From: Malacoraja senta
Lineage: Eukaryota
Assembly (NCBI GenBank): GCA_038087875.1
Contig: CM075991.1
Location: forward strand, 7,380,001-7,444,000
Length of the DNA: 64,000 bases
Reading direction: 5' to 3'
Shown here: positions 37,950 through 49,700 of the stretch, piece by piece
Layout of the letters: each line of letters starts with the position of its first letter
How positions within the stretch are numbered: the stretch's first letter is position 1
Notes under the pieces: generated by a model
Told to the model about the DNA's origin: nothing
Database searches by the model: none
Seen by the model: only the letters and a program-made list of their open reading frames with translations
Position numbers and translations under genes: made by a program

Positions 37950-38455
37950 ACAAGGAACTGCAGCTGCCGGTTTCGCAAGAAAAAGACACAGAGCGCTGGA
38001 GTAACTCAGTCAGTCAGGCAGCTTGCCTGGAGAACATGGGTAAGTGGTGTTTCGGGTCGGGACCCTTCTTCAGACATGGAAAGGGACCTGGCCTGAAACA
38101 TCACCTATCTAATTTCTCCAGGGATGCTGCCTGACCCGCTGAGTAACTCCAGCACTTTGTGTCCTTCTTTCCACAGAACTAACACCCCATTTCAAGAAGG
38201 ATCTTCAACCCGAGGAGTTAAAACTATTACCATTTCTGCGGATGCTGCCTGATGTACTATGTTTACATATTCTGTTGTGCTGCAGCATGTATGTACCTTT
38301 TCATATCTTGTGTTCCCCTCTCCCCTGACTCTCAGTCTGAAGAAGGGTCTCGACCCAAAATGTCACCTATTCCTTTTCTCCAGAGATGCTGCCTGACCCG
38401 CTGACTTACTCCAGCTTTTAGTCTATCTTCGGTGTATGCCAGCATCTGCAGTTCC
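37950..38455. mobile_element. Cluster of Penelope pLTR-derived units, including a fold-back
   Basis: Inverted GCTGGAGTAACTCAG arms. Hammerhead-like cores at ~38048-38074 (-) and ~38337-38366 (+). Confidence 0.7.
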
Positions 38456-39514
38456 ATTGCAGTACAGCTCTTTCTTATACACTATCCTATTAACTGACAC
38501 AAGCTAACTTCCTGGTAAAGTGGATAATTAAATAATGACCTTACGAGTCATTATCAATGACTGATCAATGACTGAATTAAATAAATGTTCAGCTTCTGTG
38601 CTTGCCAATGTGTCCATTCCTTGACCAACCATTCATACACCCCCAGTGTAGAATGCAGTCCCTCACACTCAATTTCACATCAACTCTGGGAAAACTTTCC
38701 TCACTTTTCACCGTAAAAAAAACCTTTCCGAAGCGTTTTGAGTTTCCTTCTCATTCACAGGCTGCCTTTGCAAAAGCAAACATTCTATTTGAACACAAAT
38801 TGCAGATCATTAGTTCCACAAATGCTTAAAAGCTAATTACGTGCTGAATTCGACCCACTCAGGCAGCTGAACCTCTCATTGAATAGAGATGTTACCTAAT
38901 GGTGAAGAATTCTATTTGTGCACTAGCAATATGAATGCTCACCTGTTGGGAGGCTAGAACTAAGAATTGTACAGCTGTAGCCTTTGAGTTGTTCCTCTAA
39001 TCATGCTACAAATGAAAACATCCTTGCCAATTTCATTTTCATTGCATGTTCCCAGCGGGTGAGGCTTCTCTTGGACTGGTGGAAAGTTTGCCGATAGTGT
39101 CAGGTTCTTTGACTTTGCATACTGAGGCTGTATAACATTGCTTCTTCTACTCCTTCTTTGATAGTCCTTGGGGATCAAAGATGACTTGCTTGCTCCCAGT
39201 CCAGTTTTGATGTCCAACGTGGGAACAGATGGGATAGGAGGTGGTTGATGGGGTGAGCGGGAAGATAGTATGTGAGATGGTGTCTTCATTCTGCCACATC
39301 CAAGGATCTCGAGATTCTCAATGCCATCCTGAGTTCCATCCTCTTTGCTTCTTTCTTTCCTCCTTCTCTTCTTTCCTCTCCTTTCTCTTCTTTTTTTCAA
39401 GGAATTTCCAGCAATTTCTTTTTTTTCTTTTTTCAAGTGATTTCCAGAAGTTGGTAGGATGTTGCATTTTTTTAAGCAAATTGTAAACACGTCCTTGAGT
39501 TTGTAGGTCATAAG

Positions 39515-40095
39515 ATTATAAGATCATAATGTCATAAGAGATAGCAGTAGAATGAGGCCATTCAGCCCATCAAGTCTACTCCGCCATTCAATCATGGTTG
39601 ATCTATCGCTCACTTCTAACCCCATTCTCCTGCCTTCTCCCCATAACCTCTGACACCTGTACTAATCAAGAATCTATCTCTGTCATAACAATATCCAGTC
39701 TTGGCCTCCACAGCCTTCTGTGGCAAAGAATTTCACAGATTCAGCACCCACTGACTAAAGAAATTTCTCCTCATCTCTTTCCTAAAAGAACGTTGTTTAA
39801 TTCTGAGGCTGTGATCTCGAGTGCGAGGCTCTCCCACTAGTGGAAACATCCTCTCCACAATCACTCTATCCAAGCCTTTCACTATTCTGCATGTTTCAAT
39901 GCGGTCCCCCCCCCCCTCATTCTTCTAAACTCCAGCGAGTACAGGCCCAGTGCCGACAAACGCTCATCATAGGTTAACCTAATAATTTCCTAGGAACATT
40001 CTTGTAAACCTCCTCTGGACCCTCTCCAGCCAACACATTCTTCCTCAGATATGGTGACAAAACTTGCTCACAATATTCCAAATGTGGCCTTACCA
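39515..40095 (-). mobile_element. CR1 3' fragment
   Basis: LVRPHLEYCEQVLSPYLRKNVLA plus the CR1 3' UTR. Confidence 0.85.
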
Positions 40096-40299
40096 GTTTG
40101 TTGGGCATAATCGGAACAAGATCTGAAGGAGATGTGCGAGGCAAGACTTTTACAGTGTAGTTGGTGCCCGGAACATGCTGCCAGGGGTATGGTGGAGGCA
40201 GATATCGTAGTGGCATTTAAGAAGCTTTAATGTCGGTACATGGATATGCAGGGAATGGAGGAATATGGATCACGCGTAATCCATAATAACGCGTAATCC

Positions 40300-40815
40300 T
40301 TAATAATAATAACAGTGTTCTGAAAGGCCCCATTTTATTTATGGGGCCTTTCAGAACACTCAAGGGCACCTTATAGTTAAAACAAGCAAATTACAAATAT
40401 ATTAATAAAATGAAACAAAAACAACATATCCATGAATTTGATAGAAAGTGGAGTTACGTGGGATAGGCCAGTCTGAATAGGTGAGATTTGAGCGAGGTTT
40501 TAAAGGTGGGGAGAGACTCTATGGTACGGATGGATAGTGGGAGAGAGTTCCAGAGGCGAGGGTCAGAACAGCTGAAGGTTCTGAACCCCATCGTGGACAG
40601 GCGGGCAGATGGAGTGGAGAGCAGGGAGGAAGAAGAGGATCGGAGAGTTCGGGATGGAGTGTAAGGCTGGAGGAGTTCAGAGAGGTATGGAGGAGCGAGA
40701 TTGTGGAGGGCTTTGAAAGTGAGGAGGAGAGTCTTAAAATCAATGCGGTACTGGACAGGGAGCCAGTGCAGTTGTTTGAGGATGGGAGTGATGTGTTCAG
40801 TGGATGGGGTTCTGA
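40300..40815 (-). mobile_element. 5'-truncated L2 LINE (ORF2 C-terminus)
   Basis: HITPILKQLHWLPVQYRIDFKTLLLTFKALHNLAPPYLSELL...LWNSLP...FKTSLKSHLF. (TTA)n tail. Confidence 0.9.
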
Positions 40816-41401
40816 GGCTGGTATCATGTTCGACAATGGCATTATAGATCTGTTCCTGAGCTGTTCCATGTCCCATGTTTTCCACTGTCCACCAAGTAAG
40901 CTCCTCTCATGACCGAACTTGGATTGGAGACTCCAGCATTGGGATCTGGTGTTGGGCCACGTGCCACTCATCAAAGCTGACTAAATGTAACTTTTGGTGT
41001 CAGCACTGGGGATGTTGGCCTAAGAAGGGACACCAATGTTTTTTTCACTTGCCCATCAGTGAACTTGGATGATTTTACTGATTGGTAATATTTTTTCCAG
41101 AGTCTTGAAATGCCTGCAGTAGGAAGTCAAGGTCTTAGGAAGTGTACCGTACGGGAGAGCAACATTCACTGCTGCTCAGTAGACCACAAGTTTTGAACTA
41201 GGTCTGAGTTCTTGATCTCCCATTATCATTTTCTTTTATTGACCACAGGCTGTGCTGGTGCCTTGAAGTTTGTGGTGAATTTTATTATCGATATCAACCT
41301 TTGCTGAGAAATGGTGCCAGGGCAGTGGGAGGTGGTCCAAGTTTCCAAGCTTGGCATGAGCATTAATTGTTGAAGGGCAACAGGGGTTCATTGGTAGAGG
41401 A

Positions 41402-41605
41402 TAGACAAAAGTGCTGGAGAAACTCAGCGGGTGCAGCAGCATCTATGGAGCGAAGGAAATAGGCAACGTTTTGGGCCGAAACCCTTCTTCAGACTCAGCG
41501 AAGGAAATAGGCAACGTTTCGGGCCGAAACCCAAATGGTTGCCTATTTCCTTCGCTCCAAAGATCCTGCTGCACCCGCTGAGTTTCTCCAGCACTTTTGT
41601 CTACC
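41402..41605. mobile_element. Penelope-derived fold-back unit with duplicated hammerhead-like core
   Basis: 15-bp TSD TTCATTGGTAGAGGA (41387-41401, 41606-41620). Near-perfect ~65-bp inverted arms. Confidence 0.85.
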
Positions 41606-42061
41606 TTCATTGGTAGAGGAACCTTGTTGTGTGAAAGTTGAGGTTAAGGCCAGTATTCGTGCATGCTACATTGAAAGGATCAATGGTATCTGAGAGCGCA
41701 GCTTCTGATCGAACGCACCTGTCTGCGTTCTGCAGGTTAACAATAGAGGGCTGGTAACCTTGGAACTATTGTGTAGTCACCATTGTCTGAACAATTTCCC
41801 ATTTGTTCTCTGCGGGAAATTTATTGAAGCTGAAATACAACATTGTAATAAGATGTGTAGGAAGGAACTGCAGATGCTGGTTTAAACTGAAGATGGACAC
41901 AAAATGCTGGAGTAATTCAGTGGGACAGGCAGCAGCATCTCTGTAGAGAAGGAATAGAGGAGGAGTCGAGATCCTTCTTCAGACTGACGTCAAGGGAGAT
42001 GGAGAATCAGAGATAAGGAACTGAAAGTGTGAAAAGTGGACAAAGAGAATGGAGATCAAGG

Positions 42062-43483
42062 AATAGAAGAATAGAATATAGAATAGAATAGAATAGAATA
42101 GAAACTTTATTTGCCACACGACCAGGGTTGGTGGTAATTGGGTTCGGTACATGATGGTACACTGCTTTAGCACATTAACACTAATAACAACACAGATCAT
42201 AATAATAAAGCACATCACAAATCACAAATCTCACCAACAATACATAATGCAAAAGAACAGACAAAAACCATAGACAAGACACTGTATACATCAAAGTCAA
42301 AAAGTTATTGGAGGGAATTAAGTGTTCTTATTGCTGAGGGGAAGAAACTGTTGTTAAAACGGGTGGATTTTGTAGCAAGTGACCTAAGGCGCCTCCCTGA
42401 AGGGAGAGACTGGAAAAGGTGGTTTGCTGGATGGGAGGGGTCTGAGATGATCTTAGTTGCCCGTTTTGAGGTACGTTGGAGGTAAATGGAATGGATTGAG
42501 GGGAGGGGAGAGTTGATGATCCTAGAGGCCTTGGAGACAATGCGCTGTATTCTGTGTAGTGAGTGACTGTCAGTGTTTCCGTACCAGACTGTGATTGAGG
42601 AGGTGATGATGCTTTCAATGATGGATTGATAGAAGCGTACCAGGAGGTGTTTGTGGACTCTGAACTTCTTGAGCTGTCTGAGGAAGTATAGGCGTTGTTG
42701 TCCTTTCTTAATGATGTGGTCAGCATTGATGTGCCATTTTAGATTATTGCAGATATAGGTGCCCAGAAACTTAAATAAGTTTGTGGAGGTTATGGGATGG
42801 GAGTTGACATGGACCGCGGGTTTGAGGTTTTGTTTGCGTCTGAAATCTATGATGGTTTCTAAGGTTTTTGAGGTGTTAAGCTGGAGGTTGTTTTCTGCGC
42901 ACCATTTGACTGCGCTGTCCACTGTTTGATGGTATTGTGATTCATTGTTGTCTGAGATGAGGCCAATTATTGTCGTGTCATCTGCATATTTGAAAATTTT
43001 AACTGAGCTGCATTGGGATGTGAGGTTGTTGGTGTAAAGTGAGAAGAGCTGAGGTGACAGAACGCACCCTTGAGGGGCTCCTGTATTGATAGTCAGAGGG
43101 CTGGAGAGTTTTTCACCCACCTTGACTCTTTGTTGTCTGTTTGTCAGAAAATGTAAAATCCAATGGCACATGGCTAGGTGAATGCCCATGTCCAACAGTT
43201 TATTGTAGAGTTTAATTGGGTGTATAGTATTAAAGGCCGAGCTAAAATCTATAAACAGGATGCGTGCATAAGTGTTCAGTGATTCCAAATGATGTAGGGA
43301 GTAGTGGAGAGCTAGGTTGATAGCATCCTCCACAGACCGGTTGGCGCTGCATGCAAATTGAAAAGGGTCCATGATGGGGACAGTGTATGTTTTCAGATGG
43401 GTGAGGACTATGTGCTCAAAGGCCTTCATGGCAACTGATGTTAGTGCAACAGGTCTAAAATCGTTCAGACAGCTCACCTTGGA
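42062..43483 (-). mobile_element. 5'-truncated Rex1/Babar LINE, second family
   Basis: Open RT frame and (TTCTA)n tail at 42062-42102. Confidence 0.92.
42305..43483 (-). CDS. Rex1/Babar reverse transcriptase fragment (the first ~20 aa of the listed ORF come from flanking Penelope DNA)
   Basis: LNDFRPVALTS, FIDFSSAFNT, GAPQGCVLSP, KYADD, FKFLG, RFNNSFFP. Confidence 0.92.
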   Translation of the reverse strand, partial: SKVSCLNDFRPVALTSVAMKAFEHIVLTHLKTYTVPIMDPFQFACSANRSVEDAINLALHYSLHHLESLNTYARILFIDFSSAFNTIHPIKLYNKLLDMGIHLAMCHWILHFLTNRQQRVKVGEKLSSPLTINTGAPQGCVLSPQLFSLYTNNLTSQCSSVKIFKYADDTTIIGLISDNNESQYHQTVDSAVKWCAENNLQLNTSKTLETIIDFRRKQNLKPAVHVNSHPITSTNLFKFLGTYICNNLKWHINADHIIKKGQQRLYFLRQLKKFRVHKHLLVRFYQSIIESIITSSITVWYGNTDSHSLHRIQRIVSKASRIINSPLPSIHSIYLQRTSKRATKIISDPSHPANHLFQSLPSGRRLRSLATKSTRFNNSFFPSAIRTLNSLQ

Positions 43484-44929
43484 GGAAAATGTAGAATAGA
43501 CCATTGTTAGCTGAAGTAGCAGAGATAAAATGTAGTCGGACACAGTAAGACTGGTCGGAGAACTGGGAAGGGGAGGGGATGGAGAGAGAGGGAAAGCAAG
43601 GGCTACTTGAAGTTAGAGAAGTCAATGTTCATATCGCTGGGGTGTAAGCTACCCATGTGAAATATGAGGTGCTGTTCCTCCAATTTGTGCTGACAAAGGA
43701 GAAGGCCCAGGACAGAAAGGTCAGTGTGGGAATGGGAGGGTGAGTTAAAGTGCTTAGCAACTGGGACATCAGGTAGGTTGAGGCAGACTGAGCGGAGGTG
43801 TTCAGCGAAACGATTGCCAATCCTGCGCTTGGTCTCGCCGATACATAGGAATTGTATTATATGATAATAAGATATTGATTCAATGATGTAACTTTATTAA
43901 ATCCCGGTCTTCATTGAGAATGGTTCAGTGGGAGAAACTCTTATTACAGATGTAAACAAGGCAGGCAGTGATAATATTTTGCGAAGAATGACAGAAATTT
44001 GTCACACAAGCAAGCTCTGGTGCCATCGCACACTGCTACTTGATATATATAATATCCAAGTGTTTACAGAACATGGAACAGTACTGCACAAGAACAATCC
44101 CTTCGGTCCACAATGTCTGTGCCAAAAATGGTGCCAATACTAATCTCCTCTGCCTGCTTGTGATTCATATCCCGCTATTCCCTGCATATCAATGTGCCTT
44201 CCAAAAGTGTTGTGAATGCCTCTCTCCTATCTCCCCCCCCCATGCCCTGGCATGATGTTTCAGACACCCACCCGTCTGTGTGAAAAACAACTTGCCCCAA
44301 AAGTCCTATAAACGTTGCCCCTCACGCCATAAAACTCTGCTTGCTGGTCTTGGTATTTCCAACCTTGGAAAATGGTTCTGACAGTCTATCATATCTATGA
44401 CCCATTATTTTATAAATCAGCCTTCGACACGCCAGAGAAAGCCACCCAAGGTTTTTCCAACCTTTCTGCTTTTTATGTAAATACCCTCTAATCCAGACAG
44501 TATTCTGGTAAAGAAAATAGACACAAAGTGCTGAAAATAACTCAGCGGGTCAGGCAGCAACTCTGGAGAAAAAGGATGGGTTGGAACCATTCTTCAAAAA
44601 AGGGTCCCAGCCAGCATTCTGGTAAACCTCTTTTCCACCCTCTCCAAAGCCTTTATAACCTTCCTGTAATGAGGGACCAGAACCACACACAATACACATG
44701 TAGCCAAACCAAACTTCTCGATATCTGCAATATGACCTACTGACACTGAAACTCAATGCCTCGACTGATGAAGGCAATTCCTATCAGTGTAGACTGATTC
44801 ACCTCAATGGTCATTGCTTTTGTCGGACAAAATTGCACTTGTATGCTGTGTTTCCTACAAAGCCATAACTGTTCAACATGAAGTATATAATGCTTTGGGG
44901 CATTTTGAGGTCAGGAACGTTGCTTTTAA

Positions 44930-45295
44930 TGGTGATGTAATTAGCATATATCGCAGCACCAATAGCCAGGGTTCTGGACCATTGATCCAGGAACATGAGT
45001 TTGAATCCCACGATGGCAGCTGGGGAATTTAAATTCATGTAATTAAATACATCTGGAATTTTGAAGAAAAAAAGCTAGTCTCTGTAACAGTATCCACAAA
45101 ACCACCAGATTGTCATAAAAACCCATCTGGTTCATTGGTGTCCTTCAGGGGAGGAAATCGATCATCCTTACCCAGTCCGGCCTGGATGTGTGGCCAGACA
45201 CATTCACATCATTAACTCTCAACTGCTCCTCAGTTCACGAGCGATTAGGGAAGGACAATAAACCATGGTATTGCCAGTAAGACCATGTTCCATGA
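44930..45295 (+). mobile_element. Old tRNA-derived SINE with CR1-like tail (non-V family)
   Basis: B-box-like GAGTTTGAATCCC, body AAAACCCATCTGGTTCA..TGTCCTTCAGGG, tail ATTAGGGA..ACAATAAA. Confidence 0.5.
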
Positions 45296-45449
45296 CAAAT
45301 GCATTAAAAAGTACTCTTATCATTCATTTGCTTGAATCCTTTGCTGGAAGAAATTCCCCCAACCGCCAATGCTATGGAGAAACAAGCTCCTGCAGATGCC
45401 AGTTTACAAAAAAAGACACAAATTGCTGGAGTAACTCAGCGGGTTAGGA

Positions 45450-46151
45450 ATCGATGTGAAGGGTGAGGGGAGTAATGGATTAAAAGTATTATATAGGAAT
45501 GCACGAAGTATAAGAAGTAAAGTGGATGAGCTTGAGGCTCAGTTAGAAATTGGCAAGTATGATGTTGTGGAAATTACAGAGACATGGTTGCAAAAGGACC
45601 AGGGCTGGGAACTGAATATTCAAGGGTATACGTCCTCTCAAAAAGACAGGCAGGTGGGCAGAGGGGGTGGGGTAGCTCTGTTGGTGAGGAATGAAATTCA
45701 GTCCCTTGCGAGGGGTGACATAGAATCAGGAGATGTAGAGTCAATATGGTTGGAACTGAGGAATGGTAAGGGTAAAAAAGACCCTAATGGGAGTTATCTA
45801 CAGGCCTGGATATAGCGTGCAAGTTGCATCAGGAGTTAAAATTGTTCCCGATGTTGGGGGAATCCAGAACCAGGGACCTAAGGCCATTTAGAACGGAGAT
45901 GAGGAAAAGCATTTTCACCCAGAGAGTTGTGAATCCGTGGAATTCTCTGCCTCAGAAGGCAGTGGAGGCCAATTCTCTGGATGCTTTCAAGGGAGAGTTA
46001 GATAGACCTCTTAAAGATAGTGGAGTCAAGGGATATGGTGAGACAGGAATGGGGTACTGAATGTGGATGATCAGCCATAATCACAGTGAATGGCGGTGCT
46101 GGCTTGAAGGGCCGAATGGCCTACTCTTGCACCTATTGTCTATTGTCTATT
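45450..46151 (+). mobile_element. Internally deleted CR1 (AP-endonuclease N-terminus joined to ORF2 end and 3' UTR)
   Basis: LKVLYRNARSIRSKVDEL...DVVEITETWL...GRGGGVALLV, then LFPMLGESRTR...VVNPWNSLP and a (CTATTGT)n tail. Inserted in a pLTR arm, with GGGTTAGG and GGGTCAGG on either side. Confidence 0.85.
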
Positions 46152-46419
46152 GGGTCAGGTAGCATCTCTGGAGAACATGGAACATAGTGAAGATTCGGGT
46201 CGGGATCCTTGGATGAGACTGATCCTTGGTCTCAAACTGAAACGTCGCCTATCCATGTTCTCCAGGGATGCTGCCTGACCCGCTGAGTTACTCCAGCTCT
46301 TTGTGCCAAAGATGTAGACCCAGATATAATGCTCATACATTAACCGTTGAACTACTTTTACATCACTGGCAGCATTTGATACAGAGCAGAATACCGAGCT
46401 CAAATTGCATTACAGGCAT

Positions 46420-46620
46420 GGACACATAATCTAGACTGACACTTCAGAGCTGCCTTGAGGGATTTCAGCACTGCTTCAGGTGTCATCTTTCTGAAGAGAC
46501 TTTAAACCGATGTCCCACGTACCTGTTCTGGGGACATAAAAGATTCTAGACACTATTCAAAAAAGATCAAGGAATTTACCAGGTGCCCTGACGGTTACAG
46601 ATCCTTCAAGCAACACTACT
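46420..46620 (+). mobile_element. Ancient Deu-domain SINE remnant
   Basis: ATCTAGACTGACACTTCAG...GTCATCTTTCTGAAGAGACTTTAAACCGA...TAAAAGATTC..GACACTATT. A similar remnant lies at ~23640-23790. Confidence 0.55.
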
Positions 46621-47384
46621 CAAGTCAGGTTTACTGAAGTTGCTTTCACTTGCGCTTTGTCGAGCTTTGTGCTGCTTTGCCTCTGTGTTTTTTGACACTA
46701 TAAAATTGCTGGTATTTGAAAATTATCCTTTGATTATCACACAACATGGGGCCCAGGTCGTGCAACAAGGTACTTCACACAAGTGAGCATTCTCCTCCTT
46801 TCATGCCCTGTCAGGTCCTTTCATGACTTTGGTTTACTTGGATTTCAGTCCCGAGTCCCTATGTTTTCACTGCTCATTTATATTCCCTGAGCGAACTTGT
46901 GTTGCACCTCTTAAATGCTCAAACATCTTCAGGGCATAAGAACTATAAAACTATAAAGGTAATAGCAGGCAACACGGTGTACTGCACAGGCGTCTCGGAA
47001 ATGATTGCCTCATCTCCATCTCAAGCCAAGCACGCTGGATCCAAATGAGTATTTTTATTTTGTAGGCATCTTGCATCGTGACATCTGTCATCCAAGGTTG
47101 ACACCACAGTAACCTGAGCAGTAAAGTAAAGGGATGCAGATGTTGAGGGGGAAGTCTGTTGCTTTACTGGCGAGGCTTTAGTTATCAACGCTCCTCGCTT
47201 AGGAACAAGCAGTAAGAAAAAGTTCTGACAGGAGTTTACCTACATGAGGATGGGTGAAGTGTGTATGTTAATTAGCTTAGAAGCAGAATCGATGCACAAT
47301 TATACATCTGTCACGTGCTGTGTGTGCGAAACATCATATAGATTGCATTAAACTACTTTATTCTACTACACAAATATATTATTG

Positions 47385-47672
47385 ACTAGGCTTAAATTCA
47401 CTGGAATTTAGAAGGATGAGAGGGGATCTGACAGGCTAGATGCAGGAAAAATGTTCCCCATGTTGGGGGAGTCCAGAACCAGGGGGACACAGTTTAATAA
47501 TAAGGGGTAGGCCATTTGGGACTGAGATGAGGAAAAACATTTTCACCCAGAGAGTCGTGAATCTGTGGAATTCTCTGCCACAGAAGGCAGTGGAGGCCAA
47601 TTCACTGGATGTTTTCAAGAGAGAGTTAGATATAGGTCTTAGGGCTAATGGAATCGAAGGATATGGGGAGAA
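47385..47672 (+). mobile_element. CR1 3' fragment
   Basis: GHSLIIRGRPFGTEMRKNIFTQRVVNLWNSLPQKAVEA. Confidence 0.85.
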
Positions 47673-47679
47673 AAATGTT

Positions 47680-48140
47680 CGGCAACAGTGGGTTGACGCC
47701 AATGAGCATAGCTTGACTTTTACTGATGTAGGTGCTGTAGTAGGTTGTCAGCAGGTGACGTAAGTTGTCGCCGGTGCTGACTTCGGTGAATTGCATTGGC
47801 AACTCCTACGTCAACCTGCGTCAACCGGCGACAGGTAGCAGCGACTGAATTGTCTTCAGTTGTCTTCAGTTGTCGCCGACAGGGTCGTAGCTTGTCGCGG
47901 GTGGACGCGGGTTGACTTCAGTTGTCGTAGGTTGTCGCCTGTGCGGTCGTGGGTTGGCATAGGTGTGGTCGTGGGTGGACATCCTAATGGGTAGCTTGGT
48001 CGACTAGCTGGTAGGTTGTTGTAGCTTGTCGTAAACATTGTCGTAGGGGGGGGTCCAGTCACCGGTTTTTCGGCGACCTGCTACGACTATGGTAGTTGCC
48101 GGCAGTCACCTAAAAAAATCACCTAAGTGGGACTGGCCCT
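47680..48140. mobile_element. Partial MITE (right TIR), AGGGCCTGTCCCACT family
   Basis: Ends AGTGGGACTGGCCCT-TTA. The subterminal CGACCTGCTACGACTATG resembles 1080-1100. GTCG-rich interior. Confidence 0.7.
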
Positions 48141-49354
48141 TTACTTCATTACTTGGAATCGTATCTCTTGAGCATCTTTCCATTATTTATTGTTTTGTTT
48201 TTTCTTTTTTTTTTCAGTGGGGAAACTGGCCCTTAGGCCCAAGTTGCCCACACAGGCCAACATGTTCCACCTACACTAATCCCACCTTGCCTGCAGATGG
48301 TTCATATTCCACTAAATCCGTCCTATCCATGTATCTGTCTAATGTTTCTTAAACATTGCAATAGTAACTGCCTCAACTACCTCCTCCGGCAGCTCCTTCC
48401 ATACACCTACTGCCCTTTGTATGAAAAAGTTACCCCTCAGGTTCCTATTAAATCATATTTATTGCTTCATTATGGGATGCAGTTTTAGCAGCCTGGTGCC
48501 TTCATAAACTCCATCCATTCAATTTGTATCCCTTTCACCCAAGATTCTTTTAACTCCTTTGACCCAATGACCATTTGTTTGAGCAAATCTCTGCAAGGTT
48601 TATAATTGCTTTTTTTTGTTGATGTATATCATCCTCAGTTCCTCCACCTGTTCCCTTTGTTCAGTCACCTTAGATCCATGCCACTGACTCTGTATCTCAC
48701 AGAGGCAGTGAATCCCGTAACGCTCCGTGTACTGATTTGATGTCTATTTGGGAACAAATTTGCAATGTGCTTCAACGAAGATGCAATTGGCCAAGGCAAT
48801 GTGAAATCTTTCCCTACTTTAGCCCTCAGGGTCACATATCAGCCGAGTGCTTTGAATGTGGTACAGGGAATTAAATGTCCTGTTGTGCCAAAGTTAATAA
48901 AAGTCTCATTGTTATTGCTACTGTGACAGGGTGATATCTGTCTTCATTGAGGATAATGTCTCTTTCTACTTTTCTTGTCTATCTATCTCCCACCAGAGGT
49001 AATTTGCATTAGACTATTATTCTATTGGTGTGGAAATTCCCCCATTAGTCCATTCCATGTGCTTAAACAGTGAAAAGGCAAAGCCTGTTTCATGTTGAAT
49101 GTTTGGAGTAATTCTGTTCAACTAGCATCTCTATGCGTTGGCCAGAGGTTGGATCAAAAATGATTGGGTTGGAATGAGAACATGTCTTTTATCTGCTGAA
49201 GGCTAACACCAACTGGAGCTGCCAGTCCACTGTTCAGATCAGATAATTCACTCACTCACAAGGTTATTCAAACAAATCCATGTAAAGGATGAGAAATTGC
49301 CACTTTCAGGGAACTATGGACCTGAATACGAAGATCTCTCTGTTGATCTTGAAT

Positions 49355-49700
49355 AGTGAAAGGCCTGGATAGAGTGGATGTGGAAAGGAGTGGGAAATTC
49401 TAGGACCAGAGGTCTTAGCCTCAGAATTAAAGGACGTTCCTTTAGAGAGGAGATGAGGAGGAATTTCTTCAGTCAGAGGTTGGTAAATCTGTGGAATTCA
49501 TTGCTGCCGTGGCCAAGTTAATAGACATTTTTAAGGCAGAGATGGATAGATTCCTGATTGGTACGGGTGTCAGAGGTTATGGGGAGAAGACAGGTAAAAA
49601 GGGTTAAGAGGGAAAGATAGATTAGCCATGATTGAATGGTGGAGTAGACTTGATTGTCCGAATGGCCTAATTCTGCTCCTATCACTTATGAACATGAACT
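49355..49700 (+). mobile_element. CR1 3' fragment
   Basis: GAGATGAGGAGGAATTTCTTCAGTCAGAGG..AATCTGTGGAATTC plus 3' UTR. Confidence 0.75.

Larger units (their letters stand above)
41855..43850 (-). mobile_element. Penelope remnant (GIY-YIG tail plus pLTR) split by a Rex1 insertion
   Basis: The minus strand at ~43850 encodes YIGETKRRIGNRFAEHLRSV. pLTR at 41855-42060. Confidence 0.8.

Noticed and set aside
38960..39511. 183-aa minus-strand ORF
   Set aside because: Driven by a low-complexity CT-rich tract (K/R/E run); no domain or convincing splice signals.
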